Origin: Gnetum montanum
Taxonomy: Eukaryota; Plantae; Gnetophyta
Length of the DNA stretch: 64,000 bases
Assembly: GCA_015680685.1 (NCBI GenBank)
Contig: MNCI01002198.1
Coordinates: forward strand, 124,001 to 188,000
Reading direction: 5' to 3'
Within the stretch, counting starts at the first letter, position 1; the number at the start of each line of letters is the position of its first letter. The translations under genes and the position numbers were made by a program. Below are positions 50,671-64,000 of this stretch, piece after piece. Under the pieces are notes generated by a model. It ran no database searches, was not told where the DNA came from, and saw only the letters and a list, made by a program, of their open reading frames with translations.

Positions 50671-52517
50671 AAATCCTAGCTTGATAACATCATGATGGTT
50701 TTCTATACATATGCAATACTGTAGCTCAGCAATAGAGACCAAAGAAAATTGGGGATAAAGGACATCCTTGTTTAAAAAATAACTTGGGAAAAACTGGTAG
50801 ATGTAGATGACTCCTCTTAAAAATTAGAATAGTAAAAATGTATTAAAATACATTTGTGTTTTAAATTTCAAACTCATATGAAAGAATGTATCTAATGCAA
50901 AAGTGAAAGCCTAAGTTGAAGCTTGAATCAAAAGAATTGTAATAGAGTTGTAATGTAGGCATATGATGACTGAGGCAAAAGAGCTATAATAAATAAGAGG
51001 AAAGCTACAAATAAAATAAAGACCTTTAGAGAGAAGGCCATCAAACTAGAAATTAAGGCACACCATATGGGTAAATACAAAAAATTTTTAGCAAACTATT
51101 AAAGGTACAACACATTATTTTCGATTTATCGGTAGCTTCTATTAAAGGAATAAATCAAAATTTCTTGGATTCACGAAGATTACTTTCCAAAAATCAGAAA
51201 AAGTTTGACCTAGGGATAGAGTCCACTTGAAGCCCTAAGCAAAGTGGAGAATAACCATTGTGTCCAAGTAATTACCACATTTAAAGTCATTTTGGTCGTT
51301 GATACAATGTTTCCTAGTAAGGTGGAATATCTAGTCATTAGTAATGAGCACAACTAAGTTGGTTATAAGCTTGATGCTAACCTTGACAATTAAAACTATA
51401 ACCTCATCCAATATTAAAAAGAAGAATGTTAAATTAAAACATAGTTTGGATGGAGGAATTCTAGGATTAATTGAAGGAGATGAATATTTATTAGAATATG
51501 GAGATCTTCATGCAATATGCTTTTATTTTAACATGGGCTTTGAATTAATTGATTTTGATAGCTACTCTATGGAGTTTTGTGTTGTTGAGATATTAAAGAC
51601 ACCACATTCAGTGAAATAATTTGACTAGTTGTATTACCTATATTTGGAAATTTACCTGTAGAATGTATTCATATTCACCAAGTACAAGAAATAATTTTTT
51701 ATCCTTGTATTTTTTATTTTATACAGAAAACTTGTCTATATGCTAATATATTTATACACATATTAGAGTTCCCTGATATACGAAAATATAACTAACCATG
51801 AAATTTATAGGTTATACTTTTTGATGTTTGTGTTTGTTTATATAAGTTATGTTCTTTAATGCTTTCCACCTTTGAAAGAAAATTAAAGCCAACATCTTCT
51901 TGAGAAGGAATTGTGAAAAACATTATCACTACGTTATGAGCAGTAGATTCCAAATTTTTAATTTTAAAATTGTTTTAGGCTACTACTTTTGTCTCCAAAT
52001 GTTAGTAGGCCCTCATCAAGATTTTGAAGGTTGCTTTAGATTGGAGCTTTTTCTTTACAAGCTACATAAGATTCACTAAACCCATTGAATTACAATGTGT
52101 GCAAAAATGGATCTGGGAGAGAGCTTTGTGACGTTCATAAAATTTGCATGTTCCGATCCACCGATGCTGATCATGATGCTAGTAGACTCGTAGTGAAGAC
52201 AAGTGGACAGCGTTGAAAGCAATGAAGCCTCCTTATCCAAGTTTTCTAAGTGTATTTGCCCACGTTTTTTTACTGGGCTTCATGACCAACGTTTCTCATT
52301 TATTTAGTTATATGCCCCTCATGTGACATTTGCTCATGTACCTGCAAAGATGATGCACAGTTGGATTTTTAGGAATTTTGCAATTTTTGTAAACTTTGTG
52401 ATGTTGGTTTAACCTTTTTGTCATTTTGTTAGTTTGTAATAAGTCTCATCACCATAGAAAAATATGTCTTGTTAGTAGATTTAAGGTTATTTTCCTTTGG
52501 AATGTAGGAGGATGGAG

Positions 52518-53830
52518 TGTGAAAATCCTATTGGGTTCCATACTATCTTAACCATCACCAATATAACTACGTGACCCTAATTTCTTTGTGAACCTCATCA
52601 CAAGGATATGTAGGCTTCTTGGAGAGGCTTTGCCTCCTTAGCTCTAGCCACCAAACTTCTCTTTAAAGAAGGGCTTAAGGCTAGATGCATTAGAGTAGAG
52701 TGTGCTTTAACTCCCTAAGGGGATTAGTATCATGTCTATGTATTAGTTATGACATATTCAATGCACCTCTACCCAATGACTAACAGGTTGTGTGCTCCTA
52801 TATAATGTGTGTAGGTGCTTTATGCTTTGAAGCATAGTCCACATTAAGTTTGTCCTCCTTTGCTATTGTTTCTGGATTCTTGGATGGTGTAAAATGGTAT
52901 TTTCATTGGGCAACACTATTATGCTTAGTACTAGAGCTACGGTTCACAATTCAAGATTGGTGGTGGTTTATAGTTTGTTCCTTGAAAATCATGGGCAACC
53001 ATGGTGCATAAGAAGAAGATCAAAGGGAGCCACCTCTCTAGTGCCGCTCCTACTAGTTTTAACCCTAATAATATTATGGAGGAGCATGTACATGAAAAAA
53101 CATATGATATGACATTGGAATGTGAGAACCTAAATGATGATGATGAAGTACCTAGGAAGCATGAGGATTACTTTCTTGATAAGGTACAAAAGTTGGGGAG
53201 TTGGGGGTGTGGGAAGGGGAAGGGTTGGGGGAGGAGGATGTGACATGGGAGGGAGGGATGATGTACCTCCTTGAAATTAATGGTATGATCCTTTGCTAGT
53301 GGCAGAGTTGGTAAAAATGATCCATGACCTTGTTGACAAGCTTGATATCCCATATCTTTGAAAATTGAATTTAGGAGCTAAGCACAAGCTCTTGACAACC
53401 TATAATTTTGTGCAATGGAATTAGATGGAATGGATGGTGGATGTCAGTAATGATGTCTAGGTTCCTATGGGTGACATCTTATAAAGGAGGGTGACCCTAG
53501 AGGCACAAGTGAAAAAGCTTTAGGAGAAGAACAAGAAACAAGATGACCAAGTTGCTATTCAAAAAAAGGTAGTCACAATTGGTTTGGGGTAGTTAAACCA
53601 TAAGTTCTGAGCCAAAGAGCCTATGGTCTACAAAGGTAATCATGATGATAGGCTTCTATATGTCTTCATCCTTGAGATGAAGTGCTTCCTTAACATGAAT
53701 GAATACCTAGAGAAAATGAGGGTTAACATTGCTTTTGAATTTTTAGAAAGAGTTTCTCAAACATGGTGGCTTGGCATTATTCAAGAAATGAAAGCACAAA
53801 TAGCTCAAAGGTCAGTTAAAACATATNTCA
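52518..53830 (+). mobile_element. Chromovirus-like fragment: possible short LTR, decayed Met PBS at about 52894, gag remnant
   Basis: ORF 53623-53835 (YKGNHDDRLLYVFILEM..RVNIAFEFLERVSQTWW) resembles a retrotransposon gag. Confidence 0.5.
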
Positions 53831-54191
53831 TTTAAGGCCAAGTTTAGAGGTCGTGCTAGCATGGAGTTGCGAAGCCTAGAAAGGCAAGTAATGGGAGTTG
53901 GGTGAAGTGGAACAAGAAGCAGTTGATCACCCCTTTAGTTGGACAACCTAACTGTAGTGGAAATACTAGATTACCTCTAACGCTTAAGTGGCATGGAAAG
54001 ATAACCCATAGGGTGTTATAGTACTCTTTCTCTTATTAATAAAATTTTTCCATTTTCTCTTCATATTTTAAGTACCAATTATTCATTTACTAGTTAATTC
54101 ATTATTAAGTATTTTATGATGTTTCCATTATATTACTTAAGAATGTGATGAATTAAGCAATGAACAATCATGTTTTTATGAAATCTAGGAA

Positions 54192-54216
54192 TGGGATGTC
54201 ACAGTTGGTATCAAAG
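54192..54216 (+). promoter_or_regulatory. LTR end (gggatgtcaca) plus tRNA-iMet PBS (tggtatcaaag)
   Basis: Tekay-like LTR terminus ending at 54203, followed by TGGTATCA at 54206. Confidence 0.6.
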
Positions 54217-54390
54217 TAAACCACAATTAAAGAGCCAAAGTGGAATTAAATATTATTTTATTATTATTATAAGAAATAAAAGTACATCCAAGTAGAATAC
54301 ATGTAAGGAAAGAAGTGGTAGAAAGGGAAGAAGTAGAACACAGAAATTAGGAAGATGTAGAATAAGGAAAAACAAGAAGCACAACAGTGA

Positions 54391-56720
54391 TTAGTCATTT
54401 TGTTGGAATGTGTCAAGGAAATCTAAAACTATCTTCAATTGTGCTTCCCATTTTTTATCAGTGGCATCCTTTTTGCTGAGCACCTTTTTGCATCCCACCA
54501 AGCCACCACACAACTGTTTCATATACTTATTGGCACTCTTTGTTGCAGCTATTACCTCCTCCTTCTTTTTTAGTTGGATCTCCAACACATTCATTTCAAA
54601 AGATCGATCTTCCATGTCTTTTTGCCACTCTCTTTTTCCTCTACACACACAAAACAAGATTAAAAATTATTTGATTATGAATAAGAAGATCAAATGAAAG
54701 AAAGAAAAAGAAAAGCAAAAATACTCACCTGCAGCCGACTAGTCTCCACTTGAAGGTATCGTTCACACGTCAACAAATGGTGAGCAAGATATGTTGCACT
54801 CTCCAACTCTTCTAGAAATTGCTCTAGATTTTGGATAACCTCCAAAGCATCTTTAGGAATTTGATGAAAGAACAATGGAACACTAGTTTGTACTTGTTCA
54901 TAATCCTTCTTGAAGTCGCATGATCGAGAGTTCTATATGTGGAAGATCTCTTTGCAAATGGAGTAAGGAATATTCCTTGTGATCTGTTGATCCAAGTTCC
55001 AAAAAAGAATGAGTTCTTCCTCAACAACTACCACCATCTATTCGAGTGAGTAAGGGGAACTTGAGATAGACAAAGAAGGAGTTACTGGAACAAACCTAGC
55101 AATTAATGTCAGCACTATCTATAGTAAGGAACCCCTTACTGGAATCACATGGGTAGATGGGGTCACATGTGTAGATGCCACATATAGTGATCTAGACAAA
55201 GGGGTGGAAACTAGAGAATTGGAGTTTTGTTTAGCACTGACGCTTACGGTATCATCTCTCCTCATTTCTTGGATAAAGTACATCTAACTTAGTGACATCT
55301 ATAACACAAAAGGTTAACATCATCCAAGAAGAGAAAAATGGAAGTATTCAAATCTTAAAATAATTAAAACTTACCTCTGATTCCTTTCTCTTATCCTATC
55401 TTGTATCTTGTTATTGGCCTTTTTGTCTTGAGCTATTAGAACCTTGCCCAGTACGTTGCCTCTGCTAAAAGGAGATTTTTTTACAAAAGTAAGTAAAATA
55501 ATAGAACCTTGGCCTTTTTGTCTTGAGCTATTAGAAAAGTATGTTGGCAAGTGTGATTCGTTGTTGAGCCTAAACCCTTCCAAAGGTTGAAGCACTTTGA
55601 GCACTTTTGGTCTATGCAAACTAAGCATCTTCTCTTGGAATCTATGCATCTTGGATTGGTTCATTCTGCATCACAAATTGCACTATTAATAAATACTTGA
55701 AGAAACATAAGTAACAATAGAAATATAAAATACACAAATATATAAAATACCTCACTATTTCCCTCTTGATTTCTGACCTGTTGCAAAACCAATTGACTTT
55801 TCTTGCTATCCTTGATCTTACTCATAATTCTATCTTCTTTAAGAAATTCGAGATGTAAACTGAGATTGTATTGACTAAAAAAGTTTGATTGAAGATTATA
55901 ACTTATAATTAAACACATGATCAAGGGTATAAAACATATGGTATATGGTTTACTGGGATCTTATTTGGTAGCAGCAGCTCCACTCATGGCATCATACAAA
56001 ACAAAATAATGACTAATCATAAACTTTGTTAGTTATGGCACCATGAATTATATAGATGGAAAAAGCAGTAACATAAGATTGGTCTTGATGCCACAAAATC
56101 TTACTATAAATGAATTGACATAATTTAAAGTGAGTTTCATTGATGAAATCTCCATGAAGAAATTGGCTTTTGTTGATAACAAAATCAATAACATAATTAG
56201 ATAATTCATTTTAGCAAAACAATTTAAATTTAGGGGAGAAAATCGATGGAATTAAAGGATTCTTCTCTCGATGAAAACCTAAGGTTGTTTGAATATTAGA
56301 TGAAAAAACCATTATTGACCCAAAAAATAGTTGGAAAGTGGTGCTTATATTGTTATTATAACGATTGCAACATTGAATTATTAAGTCTTTACGCTTTGTT
56401 GCCTTGAAAATAGGGAAGATAAGTAATTCAGATAATCATGAAGTTGTAAGATACTGAGACTCTTGCTTTTCAAGTAAATCATGCACATAATTGGAAGCAG
56501 CAACTACACTATTTTGGTGAAAAAGAATGGACACGGATCTGGAGCTACCTGGGGTTGAAGGAACCTGAGTAGTGCACTTTGGGACCATGATGATGATGGT
56601 TAAAGTCTTTTGTGTTGATGGCAGAAATCTTCAAGCTTCTCCGTTGATAAAATCCTTCATTCTTTCGCTAATGTTGAGCTATGATAGGCAAAGTCCTTCT
56701 TTTCATATATTTATAAAACA
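54391..56720 (-). pseudogene. Decayed spliced coiled-coil gene, antisense to the adjacent LTR/PBS
   Basis: GT-AG introns 54728-54641 and 55374-55299. Coiled-coil ORF pieces at 54391-54657, 54690-54875 and 55371-55664. Minus-strand TATA at about 56706-56716. Confidence 0.5.
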
Positions 56721-58301
56721 ATAGGCAAGAATTTTGGAAGAAAACAAGAAGTATTAAGTTAATTAATGATTTAATGAAGTTAACATTCACTTTTTGTGAT
56801 TTTGTGATTTCTAAGACCACTAAAATGATGTCAACTCAACGCTTAGTGCTCTTCGAAACGATTCCAAAATCCACTTTATGGTTTGAAAGATAAGGCATCT
56901 CTCACGTTACGTGCAACTTGAAATTTTAAAAAATGTTTTTTTATTATTTTTTTAAAATTTAAAATTTAAAACTAATTTTTTTTATTTTTATTTTTTAAAA
57001 AACAACCAACAAATGAAAAGTGGGAGGTCGGGGGTTCGACCTTGACCCCCACTATTTTTTATTTAAAAGAAAAATTTGATGGCCAGCAAGGGCCACGCAG
57101 GCCCTGTAAAGGACCGTGCTGGCCTGCCAGCCGTGTAGGCCCTGGAAGGGCCGCACTCATTCAACACAGAATTTCATAGTAATCAAAAGAATAGGAGTAA
57201 GTGATAAAAGTATTACACGGATGATTCATAAAAATTTTACGATCCAACCATTTCAAATTCATTTTTCTCAAAAACCTTTTGAGAATTAGTCAATTCTAGT
57301 AGCAAAAAAGATTCTGCTCCATAACGGCATTGTTTTTGCGACAAACGTGTGTTGCCCATTTATTTCCATCTGTGATTGCTTGTTGGTCGCTGAATCTGTA
57401 TTTTTGCCTCCAAATCGGTACTATTTTTGTGCAGCATCGGATCATTACTCTCTTCAGGTAATCATCATTTTATTTCATTTTCTCTTATCATTTTTCATTC
57501 GTCTTCTTTTTTCAAAGCTCTTCCTAATCTACATATTCGCTTCTGTAGGTGTCACTGATTTTCGTAAGTCTCTGCGCGCTCTTTGTTGCTGCACTTTAGC
57601 AATTTTAGGCTTTCTTTTGATTATGCAATTGTATGTTCGACTAAACCTATTGACGCCCTAGCTTCCTCTCTCGTCCGATACTTTAAGACTTATAGTAGGA
57701 ACTGGCTTATATCTGGATAGGATTTTCTCTGTTCGGAAGAAATTGTTTATAGGATTCCTAGGGCTGCCTAATTTCTCTGTTTTAGCCTTTTGGCCTTTCC
57801 TAGTATTGTTTATATGCACTTTTTCTTCCGCGAATTTTACATATCTTAGTTTCCTCACCGTTTTAGTTTCCTCACCGTTTTATGTGCACTGGGGCTTTTT
57901 AATTCTTTGCTTATCATCTTGGATTTCGGGGTTGCTATTGGTTCGTTTGATTAGTTTATTCAAGTGAGATTTCGGTATGATGCAATAGATATGATGTTCC
58001 GTACTTTTAAAAGCCTCACTCGTAACATGAGGTAAGCAAATTTTGTTGAAATGTTTTCATTTTTTTATGTGCTCGAAGATTTTCGGGTGTTTTGTGACAT
58101 ATAAAACAGTTCTTTCTTATATACAAAATTGTTTTCCGTTTTTCATTATACATAATCTTTTTGCGTTCCTGCTTTTCCTTATCTGGTTTACATTTAATTT
58201 CGTTTCATGCTGCAGCAGCAGTGTGATTAGGATTAAAGAATTTCGTGTTGTCTTGTATAAGAGCATCGTCTGCAACACTCAATTCCAGTGGAAACTTGTA
58301 T

Positions 58302-58407
58302 CACAGGATATCAGTACGACTGAGGAGTCTACCTTCATTCTTTTTGTCCTCCTTGCACAGGATATCAGTACGACTGAGTCTACCTTCTTTCTTTTTGTCC
58401 TCCTTGT
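58302..58407 (+). repeat. About 54 bp tandem duplication
   Basis: cacaggatatcagtacgactgag..tctaccttc.ttctttttgtcctccttg occurs twice. Confidence 0.85.
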
Positions 58408-59459
58408 GGCGCGACGTGAATACGCAATGAAGTCCAAATTTTGATATGCGAAACGGCTGGACGGTTAGGGTACTTGAACGTGTTTGGCTTTGATTTTGAA
58501 GGGGTATTCATCCACATGGAAGTATGAAGACTCTTCTGTGAATTTCAATAGAAAAGTTGAGAACGTTGAATGCTCTTCTACGAATTCCAGTGGAATTTAC
58601 AGCTTTAGATTTAAGTTGTTATTTTGTATTATGTAAAATTAAAATATTGAGGGAGAAAATCCCGCTGGATGCCATTGCACTTTCTTTCAACCTTCAGTCA
58701 TTTCTCATGTTGATGTAGTTATTAATTTGTGTATGGACAAAGGATCTTACCTCGCTGGGTGCGCTTACGGGGTCGGTCCAAAATATAATAAAGATCGATA
58801 GTTTTCAGTGGGCAGCGAAACCTGCCTTGGGCGTTTGCACGCTCACCGTCTCTCCGGTTTGATTTCTTTTTCATTTAGCATTTATTTATTCCGCAGATAA
58901 CGCAAGTACCGACTAAATTGATATTTTGATATCTTGGCCCGAATATCGAAATGAACGTGGCCTTGATGATGAGATATTCAGGCCGAGTACCGACTGACGA
59001 TAGGAGTTACGCCTCTTGTGCATTCTTTAGATTCAAAACTTGAGTATTCAATTATCATTTCTGGACATGGTACCAGTCAATTTTGTTTTTGTTACTGTTA
59101 TAGCTGGAATGTGCGTTCTGGGTTTCATCCTTTGGTTCTATTGTACAACCCTCAAACTAGATGCATGGATTAAGGTTCTTGCGTTGATTGCTCATCTGAT
59201 TTTTGCACCGTGTGATAATAACTTACATGCCCAATGGTGCTATGGTGCTGTGTGCTCTCTGATATTCAAAGGTAATGGACATGGCATCTTGTTATATTTG
59301 ATATCTTTTAATTCAAAATCTTACGGTGAATGGTAGCCTTGAATTTATGGTCTCCCTGGATTATTTACATGTACTTAACAAAACCTTTAAAAATTAATTT
59401 TAAATACTGAAACTGAAATTTTTACTTCTGGATCATTTGGTTATGAAAATTCAGCTTCT

Positions 59460-59812
59460 CGTAGACCGCCCAAGAAAGGCAAATTCCCATGGCAAATTGA
59501 GTAGCGTGGGAGCCACAATTAATGTTGTGAGATGAAATCTTGCATGCTACTAGTTGAAGAGTTGCAGGTTGCAATGCTGTCCTTTGAATTTTGCAGCACG
59601 GGTTTGTTGCTGGAAGCATGAAATTTGTTCGATGAAATGTTTGAACGAGACGCTGTGTTATGGAAGAGTATAATGTTGGCCTTTTTGTAGTATTTCGGAT
59701 ATAGGGACGCCATTTAGGAGAGTGCAGAGTAAAAATTTGATTCCAGGAACCATGATGATTTCTGGTATGCACAAAATGAACATGGCAGGGAGGCTGTTGG
59801 GTTATTTCAGGC
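59460..59812 (+). pseudogene. PLS-class pentatricopeptide repeat (PPR) pseudogene fragment
   Basis: LEA*NLFDEMFERDAVLWKSIM, TMMISG and YAQNEHGREAVGLFQ match the PPR consensus ARKLFDEMPERDVVSWNSMI and GYAQNGxGxEALxLF, with stops and frameshifts. Confidence 0.8.
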
Positions 59813-60019
59813 ATTATTATTATTATTTTTAAATTTCAGCCATTTCTAGTAACATATTATCGTTATATGCAACCTTCTTGAAATTGTTGGCGTCTAAAGA
59901 TGGGTAAATACCCTATCTTTTGATACTCCAGCACCAATGGATATAGTTGTACGTGAGCTTATCACCAATTCCAAACTAATTCAGAACACCCTTGAATCTA
60001 GAATGTCTATAAAAACTCA

Positions 60020-61450
60020 ATATATAGATAAGTTACTTTTGTTGAACATTTGAGACTTTGAGTCCATCAACAACTAATATCTTCATNCGTTGAACATTTG
60101 AGACTTTGAGTCCATCAACAACTAATATCTTCATAGACACCAGTTGGATTGTCCAAATTAAAGAGACAAACAATTACGTAATCTAGATAATGTTTACTCT
60201 GTTGATCTGCTTCTTATAGAATTAGAAAGGAAGAATCAAGGGATTATAAAAGAAGAGCAAGTCGACACAACTCTCCTAGCCCTTCGTCCTCTTCATTACC
60301 CTCATTAATAGACTAATGAAGATGAACATAGATGTAGGAATACAACTTCATGAAGGGAATGAGACCTATTTTCTAGTAGAGATGAAAGGAAAGATCAAGA
60401 AAAATACCATGAAGAAGGAAGAAACTATGATGAAGGTAAAGAAGAAGATAGATATAGAGAGAGAATGTAGAGGAGAATGAATGATGAAGAATATGAAAGG
60501 GACCATCACCATTATAATAGAGATCATAATGAATCCATAAATTATGATGAATCCCTTCTAGCCACTAGAAGCATAATAAATATTATAGAGTTAGTTTTCA
60601 TTTTGATAAGGTAGCAAAAATATAGCTACATCAAGCAACTCAACGTGAAAAATATTTTGAAGTTTGAGAGGGGATATAATTCTTATTCACAACATCACCT
60701 CCAAGCTTTTCATGATGCATTTGCACTTTAAAATATTGCGAATAATGGAAAAAAACTTAAGTTGTTTTCAAGAAAGCTAAAAGCTGTATTGATCCTTAGA
60801 ATTAGACTCTAACTACCAATGGACCACAATGATGGAACTCTTTAGTGATAAATACCAAACTTATTCAAGAATGTTGAATTTGAGAAAGAAAATTGAAGAA
60901 TGAAAATAATGAATTCATGAGTCCCATGACACAACCATGAGTAGATATTATGCACTTCTACATATATGCCCTAGGCATGATTTCTCTCAAAAATTATAAC
61001 TTAGGCACATCATTGATGAGTTAATAAAAAAAGAAGAGACTTTGAAAATATATACCCAAGTGAGACTATTGGAAATGAGAGCCCATTGAATGTAGCATTT
61101 CATTGATTAAGTTACAAAGAGAGAAGGTGAGCTAAGGAAAAGAGAGTTTGTAGAAGAATATAATAGGGACCCATGTTGTGAAAAAGAGATGTGTGATTTT
61201 GTGATATACAAGAAGAAGATCTTATGAAATAAGTGATTTAAAGAAAGATCTTAGTGATCCAAAAATCTATCTTTGACATTGTGGAAAAAGTCAGCAAGGT
61301 GTATAATTTTATAAATAAAAAATTTCCAATAGCATTGAAGATAGTAGAAGAGAAGGACATGTAAGCATTATCAAAGGAAAAATACATAAAGAAAAAGGAG
61401 GAGGTAATAACATGTACAAGTAAAATGAAAAAGTAGTTGTTGTGGAAGAA
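60020..61450 (+). pseudogene. gag: Older decayed Athila-family gag fragment
   Basis: Colinear with 16600-17750; for example tttgagaggggatataat..caacatcacctccaagcttttcatgatgcat and aaacttaagttgttt. Confidence 0.8.
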
Positions 61451-61812
61451 GTCTTTGATTTTGAATCAAAAAGTTATGATAGGTATAATTTATGTTAATA
61501 GGAATAATTATGAGGATGTTATCCTATCATGATCCATTTACATGAATTAAGAGCATACACATTAAATCTAGTGTTAAAAATAATGATCAAAGAGATTACT
61601 TTATCCACAAGGTAACTAAAAATATTTCTATTAGCAATAACTATATTACCTAACTAGGGCTCATCCTATTACCAGTAGTGGAAAAACTCACAATTGTGGG
61701 AAATTCCATTACTAAAATAGTAATATCATTATAGATAACTAGATTCATATGGTTACTATGTTTAGCAGCCTATTTCTCCTAAGGTATCTCTACTCATGCA
61801 TCTTACCCTCAT

Positions 61813-64000
61813 TGATGAGTGGCGAGGTACCCCTACACTCAACCATACGAATATGAGTGTTAAATGTGCGATTCGGTCGAACTCCGCAGACTAAGTGCCT
61901 ACACGCCTTATGGAACACTTAAGGTTAATCATTCGTTGTCTTCTTAGACTTACTTGTATTTGTTACGGTTGTATGGTTAAGTAAGTCTGGGGTATGTGAT
62001 TTTTATATCTTTTAAGTTTTATCGCCTATGCTAGGAGGGAAAAGGTGAAGAGACTACTTGACTAACTTTAACTAACTAAGTCTTAATTAACCTAGCATCA
62101 GTATCTGTTTCCACTTGCCGTTCACACCTTGAACCAATGCAACCTTCTGGGATTACCAAGCGTAACGCACGTGCTCGAAGCGGTTGTACTGAATGCACTT
62201 AACTAGGAGTGTTGAGGGTTGAGAGAGATTAATTAACTAATAAAGCATTTAAACAATTAACAATAATTAAAGTCCTAATTAGCTTAGTCCATGCATTGCA
62301 AGGTTTATCCAAAAAGTTCGTCTTTATTTCCATACACAAACTTGTGCTCAGGTACAATATTTGCTCGAATAAAGATCCATTCACTTTGGGACTCCTACTG
62401 TGGGCACATGGAAATTACTCTAACTTTGGAATGGAAAAACTGCAAGAGTTTGGCTAAGGTCTAGATTTAGATGGCGAAACAAGGGAGAGTTACCTCTTAT
62501 TTATAGATTTGGTGGCGTGTTGCGATATCGCGGCCCATGCGATATCATGTCCCATCATACCCCCATGATTGAATGAAAACTCGTCCTCGAGTTCCTTACA
62601 AAATATTGGAAAGGTATGGGATTATTGACTTGAATGGAATTAATGGTGAATGGGATGACATGTGAATGGATCATCATTACAGAACATGACAAAACTGGTG
62701 TTCACAACAACAAGAGTGAGCACTTTATACATTTGACATCAGGCCTTATTTGGCAGCTAAGAGAGAAGAGAGAAGAAGGCTACTGCTACCAATGCCAAGA
62801 TTGCACCTTTTGTTGTCCATCCGTAAGCGCGCCATCCATCTCGTTCCTTGTGTAGCTGCTTCAGCATCGATCCATTCTAAGTGTTCTCTCCAGATCCAAT
62901 CCGTTGTTGTATGATTGCCATCTGCACACACAACACAGTCTTTATATTAGCAAGGGTAAATGAATCACAATGCAGTAGATACCTTGCTTCGGTGAAAGGT
63001 CCATTTGCTGAGTTGTGGTATGGCTGATACGGATCTGGAGATATAATAGGGGTGACTACTGAAGGTGTAGGGGTTAGGAGAAAATCAAAAAAATTGGGTC
63101 AGGACCTCCATGACTAAGAGCAAACCTTCGATAGCGATAGAAGGGAGAAAGAAAAGGAATAAGAAAGATGGAGAAAAAGAGACAACTGTAACATCGATGA
63201 AATGGATGTCAAAATGGAAATGAACAAAATAAGGTTGATTGCAAAATTTTTTAAGGGAAATAAATTAATTGATGTACCAAAGAGGAATGCCAGTGGGTCC
63301 TCCCCAAAGCAGGCTTATGCCTTTAATGCCCTGACCCACATTCAAAGAGTTCGTAGGCTCTGGGAATGTCACTTGAAAACAAAAGGTTAAATTCTTAACC
63401 ATAAGAATTTACCACAAAGAAAACAGTGCATCAACTAAAATATACACTAATGATACAATTGGCAATGAGGTGAACAATGGAGAAAAGGATGGAGAGAAGA
63501 GAATGAAATGGAATCTCAAGAACAAGGTGGTGTACAGCCCCTTGTGTATTTAATGATTAATGTGACTTAGTAGATCCCATTCCAAGTCCAGCCTCAAACA
63601 AACCACATCCAGTGACTTTGCATTAATACATTCGGCCAATCTATCCACTTGAAGTAATAAGAATGCATCCCCCAAAGAGCCACTACCATTCTGACGAAGC
63701 GGAGGAAGAGAGAATAGGAAGCGAGAAGGGCCTTAGTGAGAGGGAACATGTTTATTTTAGTTTCATAACTAGTGCTTGTAGCCCAAATGTTTATTTCGTC
63801 TAAGAGGTGTGCTTTGAATCCTCACTATTTTTTTTTGTGTTTATACATGAGAACCACACTATGCAAAGACTTTGTTATTTTTATTAGCTCAACTTCTCGA
63901 TGATGGAGTAATGTTGGAATGGTAAGAAAACTCCAAAAAGAAAACATCCAAGCACCCAAGAGAAAGGCTAACACAAATGCATCAATTTCCCTTGAAGTTA
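61813..64000 (-). mobile_element. 3' end of another copy of the 15089-21748 family: LTR 61813-62557, PPT 62558-62570, internal region running off the window
   Basis: The reverse complement of 62558-64000 is colinear with about 19490-20913. Termini TGATGAG and CCCATCA. Confidence 0.9.

Larger units (their letters stand above)
56850..59900 (+). other. CpG-retaining non-TE island with probable 5' UTR exons and introns
   Basis: Abundant intact CG. Donors cag|gtaatc (57458), ttc|gtaagt (57564) and gag|gtaagc (58032); acceptors ttctgtag (57548), gctgcag (about 58215) and ccgcag (about 58896). Confidence 0.45.

Noticed and set aside
57343-58444. Hydrophobic ORFs 57347-57661, 57743-57967 and 58043-58444 as membrane proteins
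   Set aside because: T-rich intron-like sequence gives F/L-rich frames with no recognisable domain.

Overview
AT-rich plant nuclear DNA, probably heterochromatic, from a draft assembly with N gaps. It is almost entirely nested, CG/CHG-decayed LTR retrotransposons, and I see no intact host gene. Left to right: a 5'-truncated Athila-type Ty3 element (RT-RH-INT, env-like remnant, 3' LTR; about 4360-14782) carrying two solo LTRs; a TSD-bounded non-autonomous Athila relative (15089-21748, gag plus protease only); a minus-strand Ty1/copia pol split by a 5.8 kb TSD-bounded insertion that looks like a gene-containing giant solo LTR (23159-28965); a 17.2 kb Ogre/Tat-type element (31633-48853); more Athila and chromovirus fragments; and a CpG-retaining host-like island with a PPR pseudogene. 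The main discovery is in the Tat element. A ~6 kb intron-like spacer between protease and RT holds an antisense, TATA-driven, multi-intron gene. Its hand-reconstructed product fuses an FCP1/SCP (NIF, HAD-fold) CTD-phosphatase-like domain with dead catalytic motifs to a plant-transposon accessory domain, an acidic repeat and a coiled coil. Arrays of a covarying RNA hairpin flank this gene and recur after integrase. All domain calls come from manual translation and motif recognition, not database searches.
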